Below are positions 18,308-22,335 of a stretch of 22,335 bases of DNA, in pieces. Source of the stretch: an uncultured cyanobacterium (lineage in GTDB: Bacteria > Cyanobacteriota > Cyanobacteriia > Cyanobacteriales > Microcystaceae); NCBI GenBank assembly GCA_963807635.1, contig CAWEDJ010000085.1, positions 1 through 22,335 of the forward strand, read 5' to 3'. The position numbers and the translations under genes were made by a program. Under the pieces are notes generated by a model. That model did no database searches. It was given only the letters and a program-made list of their open reading frames with translations, and was not told where the DNA came from. Every line of letters starts with the position of its first letter. Positions within the stretch are counted from its first letter, which is position 1.

Positions 18308-21300
18308 ATGGTTCATATCAAACGCATCGAACTGACCAACTTTAAATCCTTTGGTGGCACAACAGCCATTCCTCTTTTGCCTGGCTTTACCGTCGTTTCT
18401 GGCCCAATGGGTCGGGAAAATCCAATATTCTAGACGCACTCCTCTTTTGCTTGGGATTGGCAAGCTCCAAGGGAATGCGGGCCGAACGTTTACCCGATTT
18501 GGTCAACCATACCCACACCAGCAATCGCCACAGCACCGAAGCGAATGTTTCCGTCACCTTTGATGTGTCAGATTTGGGGGACGTTACCCAGATCATCGAT
18601 GGGAATGAACAACCCAAGGAAACAGAAGCCGTCAAAATCAGCGAAGGAAAACCGATCAATATTAGTCGGGAATGGACAGTAGCGAGACGATTAAAAGTGA
18701 CCAAAAGCGGAAGTTATTCTTCCACCTATTCCATCAATGGAGAAACGGTTACAGCGACGGAATTGCAGGTCGAATTAAACCAATTGCGTATCTATCCCGA
18801 AGGTTATAACGTAGTATTGCAGGGGGATGTGACGCGCATTATTACGATGAATGCCAAGGAAAGGCGAGAGATTATTGATGAATTGGCGGGAGTGGCGGAA
18901 TTTGATCGTAAAATCGAGAAAACCAAGGAAACCCTCGAAGAAGTTCGGGACAGAGAAGATCGTTGTCGGATTATTGAAACGGAACTCGCGCGATCGCTGG
19001 AAAAGATTAGCGGCCGATCGCATTCAGGCTGAGAAATACCAAAAATTAAGGGCGCAAGTCCAGGAAAAACAACAATGGGAAATTGTTTTAAATTGGCAGT
19101 CCGTTCAACAGCAATTTGCCCGTGTCACCACTCAATTTCAGCAGGCAGAACAGGAAAATAATCGCTTGACGGAAAAATTAGGTCAACTCGCGATTCAGAT
19201 TGAAAAAACTCGCCAGGAATTTGAACAATTAAACGCTCAAGTTAAGGCATTAGGAGAAGAAGAACAATTATCTGTTGCTTCCCAATTAGCCACTCAAAAA
19301 GCTAAACGTCAACAGTTAGAACAACGCTATCAAGAATTAGCTAATTCTGCCCAACAACATCAAGGAAGTTTAGCGCAAACTCGTCAAGAATTAGACCACT
19401 ATCAACAGGATTTTTTACGATTAACCCAGGAAAAATCCCATTTTGAAAGCAATCTTTTACCCCAATTACAACGCGATCGAGATCAGCTTAGAGCTAAGAT
19501 TGAAGCGTTACGGGAACAGTCCAACGCGATCGCCTCTGCGTCCGAAACCTGGGTGCAAGAACAAACGGCCCTCAGTCGTAAAATTACTAATTTACAAGAA
19601 ACCCTAACGCCCCAACGCACGGAACAAGCTCAACTACGGGAACGGGAAGAACAATTAGCAAAAATTATTAGTGAAACAACTCAACGATTAACCCCAACAG
19701 AGCAGGAATTAAGCCAAAAAGAAACCGAGGCCGCCCGTTTATCGGGTCAAATGGGGGGCATTACACAACACATTCAAACCCTAGCCCAACAACTCAGTGA
19801 TAGCGAAACCGATCGCAGTTTATTGCAAGAAACCCAGAACCGTTTATTAACAGAACAACGGGAAAAACAACGTCAATTAGATAAATTAGAAGCCACAAAA
19901 CAGGCTCAGAGCGAAATCCAAGGAACCTATGCAACCCAAATGATTTTACAGTCTGATTTACCAGGGATTTGTGGACTCGTTGCCCAATTGGGACAGGTAG
20001 ATCCGCGTTACCAACTCGCTTTAGAAATTGCGGCGGGAGCAAGATTAGGTTACGTGGTAGTAGAGGATGATGGTATTGCGGCAGCAGGAATTGAATTATT
20101 AAAACACGCCAAAGCAGGCCGTGCTACGTTTTTACCCCTCACTAAAATTCGTCCCCCCCGTCACGGAAGCGTTAATTTAAACTATGCCAAGGGTTATATT
20201 GATTTGGCAGTTAATTTGATTGATTGTGAACCCAAATATCAGGATATTTTTCTGTTTATTTACGGTAATACCCTCATTTTTGAAAGTATTGAAACCGCCC
20301 GTCCCCATTTAGGAAAACAGCGTTTAGTGACCCTAGATGGCGATATTTTAGAAAGTAGTGGAGCCTTGACAGGAGGCAGTAAACCTTCGCGGCCTTCCAT
20401 TCGCTTTGGAGTGACTAAGTTAGAAGAATCGGCAGAACTGCGATCGCTGAAACAACGATTAAGTGATATTGAACGGGTGCAAGGACGGAACGATGAAGGG
20501 CTGGTCATGAAAGCGGCTCGGATTAAAACGTTGTCTCAAGAATTAACCGAAGTTCGTCAAAGAGCAAGGGAAGATCAATTAGAGTTACAACAACTCGAAA
20601 AAGACATTCAACGTCTCTCTAAACAAAAAAATGAATTGACTCAGCAACTCAATCAAAGTCGTCAAGATTTAGGGACGGTTCAACAACGATTAGCCATTTT
20701 AACGGCTCAAATTCCCCAATTAGAAACCGAGTTACAACAGGAACAACAAAAATTAACGGATTTAGAAAGCTCCCAAACCCATCGAGAATGGCAAGAAATT
20801 CAGGCAGTGATTAAAACCCAAGAAGTTCAATTACAAACAAAAGAACAGTCCTTGCGAGAGGGAGAAATTCGCTTAACGGAGTTGCAAAATCAGACCCATC
20901 GCTTTGAGGAAAAAATTGCCGAATCCCAAAAACGCATTGAACTGAATCAAACCCAAACGGCTGAAGTTACAACTCAACAGCAAACCTTAACGAGTGAATT
21001 AAATGCTATTAATGCAAAAATTAGCGAAACTGAAACTCTGTTAGCTCAACTCTCTAATCGCTTAGGAGAAACCAAAAAAAACACGATCGCTTAGAACAAT
21101 TATTGCAATCTCAACAACATCAACACCAACAAATTATTTGGCAATTAGAAAAAATTGCGACTAGTCAAACGGAGCGTCAAGTAAGTTTGCAGGCTTTACA
21201 GGAAAAAATGACGGCTCAACAATCTGAGTTACCGAATCCGTTACCGACCATTCCCTTATTAGAAAATTTTGATCTCGAAACAGGAGATTATTCAGTTTTA

Positions 21301-21939
21301 TTAGAAAATTTACAAAAGGAAATTCGTAATGGACAAAAGCGTTTAGAGGCAATGGAACCTGTCAATATGTTGGCCCTCGAAGAACATGAAAAAACTCAAG
21401 CCAGATTATTAGAATTGTCGGAAAAATTAGCAACCATTGAAGCCGAAAGAACCGAATTATTATTACGGGTAGAAAATTTCACCACCCTCAGACAGCGTTC
21501 CTTCAAAGATGCTTTTGATGCGGTGAATACGAATTTCCAAGCTATTTTTGCTGAACTTTCCGAGGGGGATGGTTATTTGCAATTAGATAATGAGGAAGAT
21601 CCTTTCAGTGGCGGATTAAACCTCATCGCCCATCCCAAAGGGAAACCTGTGCAACGCTTAAGCTCTATGTCAGGAGGAGAAAAATCGTTAACAGCCTTGA
21701 GCTTTATTTTCGCCCTGCAACGGTATCGTCCTTCCCCTTTCTATGGCTTTGATGAGGTGGATATGTTTCTAGATGGGGCTAATGTGGAAAAATTATCGCG
21801 AATGGTTCAAAAACAAGCAAAACTAGCCCAATTTATTGTCGTTAGTCTGCGTCGCCCTATGATTGAAGCGTCTGAGCGGACAATTGGGGTCACTCAAGCT
21901 AGGGGAGCGCATACCCAGGTTTTGGGGATTAAATTGTAG
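18308..21939 (+). CDS. smc: chromosome segregation protein SMC; about 1210 aa after correcting 3 frameshifts (~18404, ~19002, ~21078)
   Basis: ATG 18308 gives [17 protein letters not shown]...VVSGP. Adding one C to ggccc restores Walker [17 protein letters not shown]. Also present: Q-loop VVLQGDV, coiled coils, hinge (GICGLVAQL...GRATFLPL...[17 protein letters not shown]), signature MSGGEKS and Walker B/D-loop FDEVDMFLD. Confidence 0.95.
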
Positions 21940-21963
21940 GGAGGGGGATTATTGAATAACCTG

Positions 21964-22003
21964 AAAAATCTTGATGGGACTTAAGCTAACTCCCCTTCAA
22001 GAT
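21964..22003 (-). terminator. candidate intrinsic terminator hairpin between convergent smc and tRNA-Ser
   Basis: Imperfect inverted repeat ATCTTGATGGGACTTA-agc-TAACTCCCCTTCAAGAT (21968-22003), followed on the minus strand by a short T run. Confidence 0.4.
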
Positions 22004-22045
22004 CGAATACTGAATTTGTTTAAGCCTTAACTATCAGACTTTGTA

Positions 22046-22132
22046 CGGAGAGGGAGGGATTCGAACCCTCGTTAAAGTTACCCCTAAACAGCATTTCCAG
22101 TGCTGCGCCTTCAACCACTCGGCCACCTCTCC
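22046..22132 (-). tRNA. trnS: tRNA-Ser(GGA), 87 nt, CCA not encoded
   Basis: Minus strand reads GGAGAGGTGGCCGAGTGGTTGAAGGCGCAGCACTGGAAATGCTG-(long variable arm)-GAGGGTTCGAATCCCTCCCTCTCCG, with anticodon stem CAGCA/TGCTG, loop CT-GGA-AA and discriminator G. Confidence 0.97.
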
Positions 22133-22207
22133 TGGTGGGTCACAGCTTTACATCATACAATAGATAATGGCCGATCACTCAATTTAATTCAAATAATTCA
22201 AAAAACT

Positions 22208-22335
22208 ATGACTCGCTCCTATCAAATTCGGATTCATCACCGCCAAACCGAAGAATCCTACACCCTATCTGTGCCTGAAGATCGCTATATTCTTCACAGT
22301 GTAGAAGCCCAGGGCTATAAATTACCGTTTTCCTG
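22208..22335 (+). CDS. 2Fe-2S ferredoxin, Fed2/FdC2-like, 5' part (runs off the window)
   Basis: MTRSYQIRIHHRQTEESYTLSVPEDRYILHSVEAQGYKLPFS(C) matches the plant-type ferredoxin N-terminus up to the first Cys; DRYIL...LPFSC resembles Synechocystis Fed2. Confidence 0.82.
   Translation, partial: MTRSYQIRIHHRQTEESYTLSVPEDRYILHSVEAQGYKLPFS

Larger units (their letters stand above)
1941..20447. repeat. dispersed HIP1 octamers (GCGATCGC), about 25 perfect copies
   Basis: Examples at 1941, 3608, 4619, 4801, 4957, 6176, 7266, 8549, 9060, 10133, 13936, 14667, 17179, 17343, 18990, 19526 and 20440. HIP1 over-representation is an established cyanobacterial hallmark. Confidence 0.9.

Noticed and set aside
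18251..19023. Small ORFs at the start of smc (18251-18463, 18351-18563, 18387-18704, 18775-19023)
   Set aside because: Alternative-frame or antisense products of the smc N-terminus.
21070..21095. A8 run in smc as a programmed frameshift site
   Set aside because: It is one of several similar indels in the window, and a truncated SMC would lack its C-terminal ATPase half; error is more parsimonious.
2073..21951. 11-bp match GAGGGGGATTA at 2073 and 21941 as att sites of a tRNA-linked island
   Set aside because: The match is short and low-complexity, is not a copy of the tRNA 3' end, no integrase is present, and the enclosed region contains the core gene smc.

Overview
Cyanobacterial chromosomal window (about 25 perfect HIP1 octamers GCGATCGC counted by eye). 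From left to right: an IS5-family element (1-1652) inserted into the 5' end of an HTH addiction-module antitoxin gene; a 15-kb minus-strand photosensory two-component cluster (2081-17229); a small DUF6883/DUF4926-like gene pair bracketed by a short repeated motif; smc; tRNA-Ser(GGA); and the start of a Fed2-type 2Fe-2S ferredoxin. The cluster is a tandem duplication of a [giant REC-multiPAS-DXCF cyanobacteriochrome GAF-HK-REC kinase + REC-HK] unit, followed by a CphB-type (N-terminal Cys, biliverdin-type) phytochrome and its RcpB-type receiver. Eight single-base frameshifts, mostly in short homopolymers and three of them in smc, most likely reflect sequencing/assembly error, so split ORFs are reported here as single genes. 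All family assignments are from motif recognition; no database searches were run.
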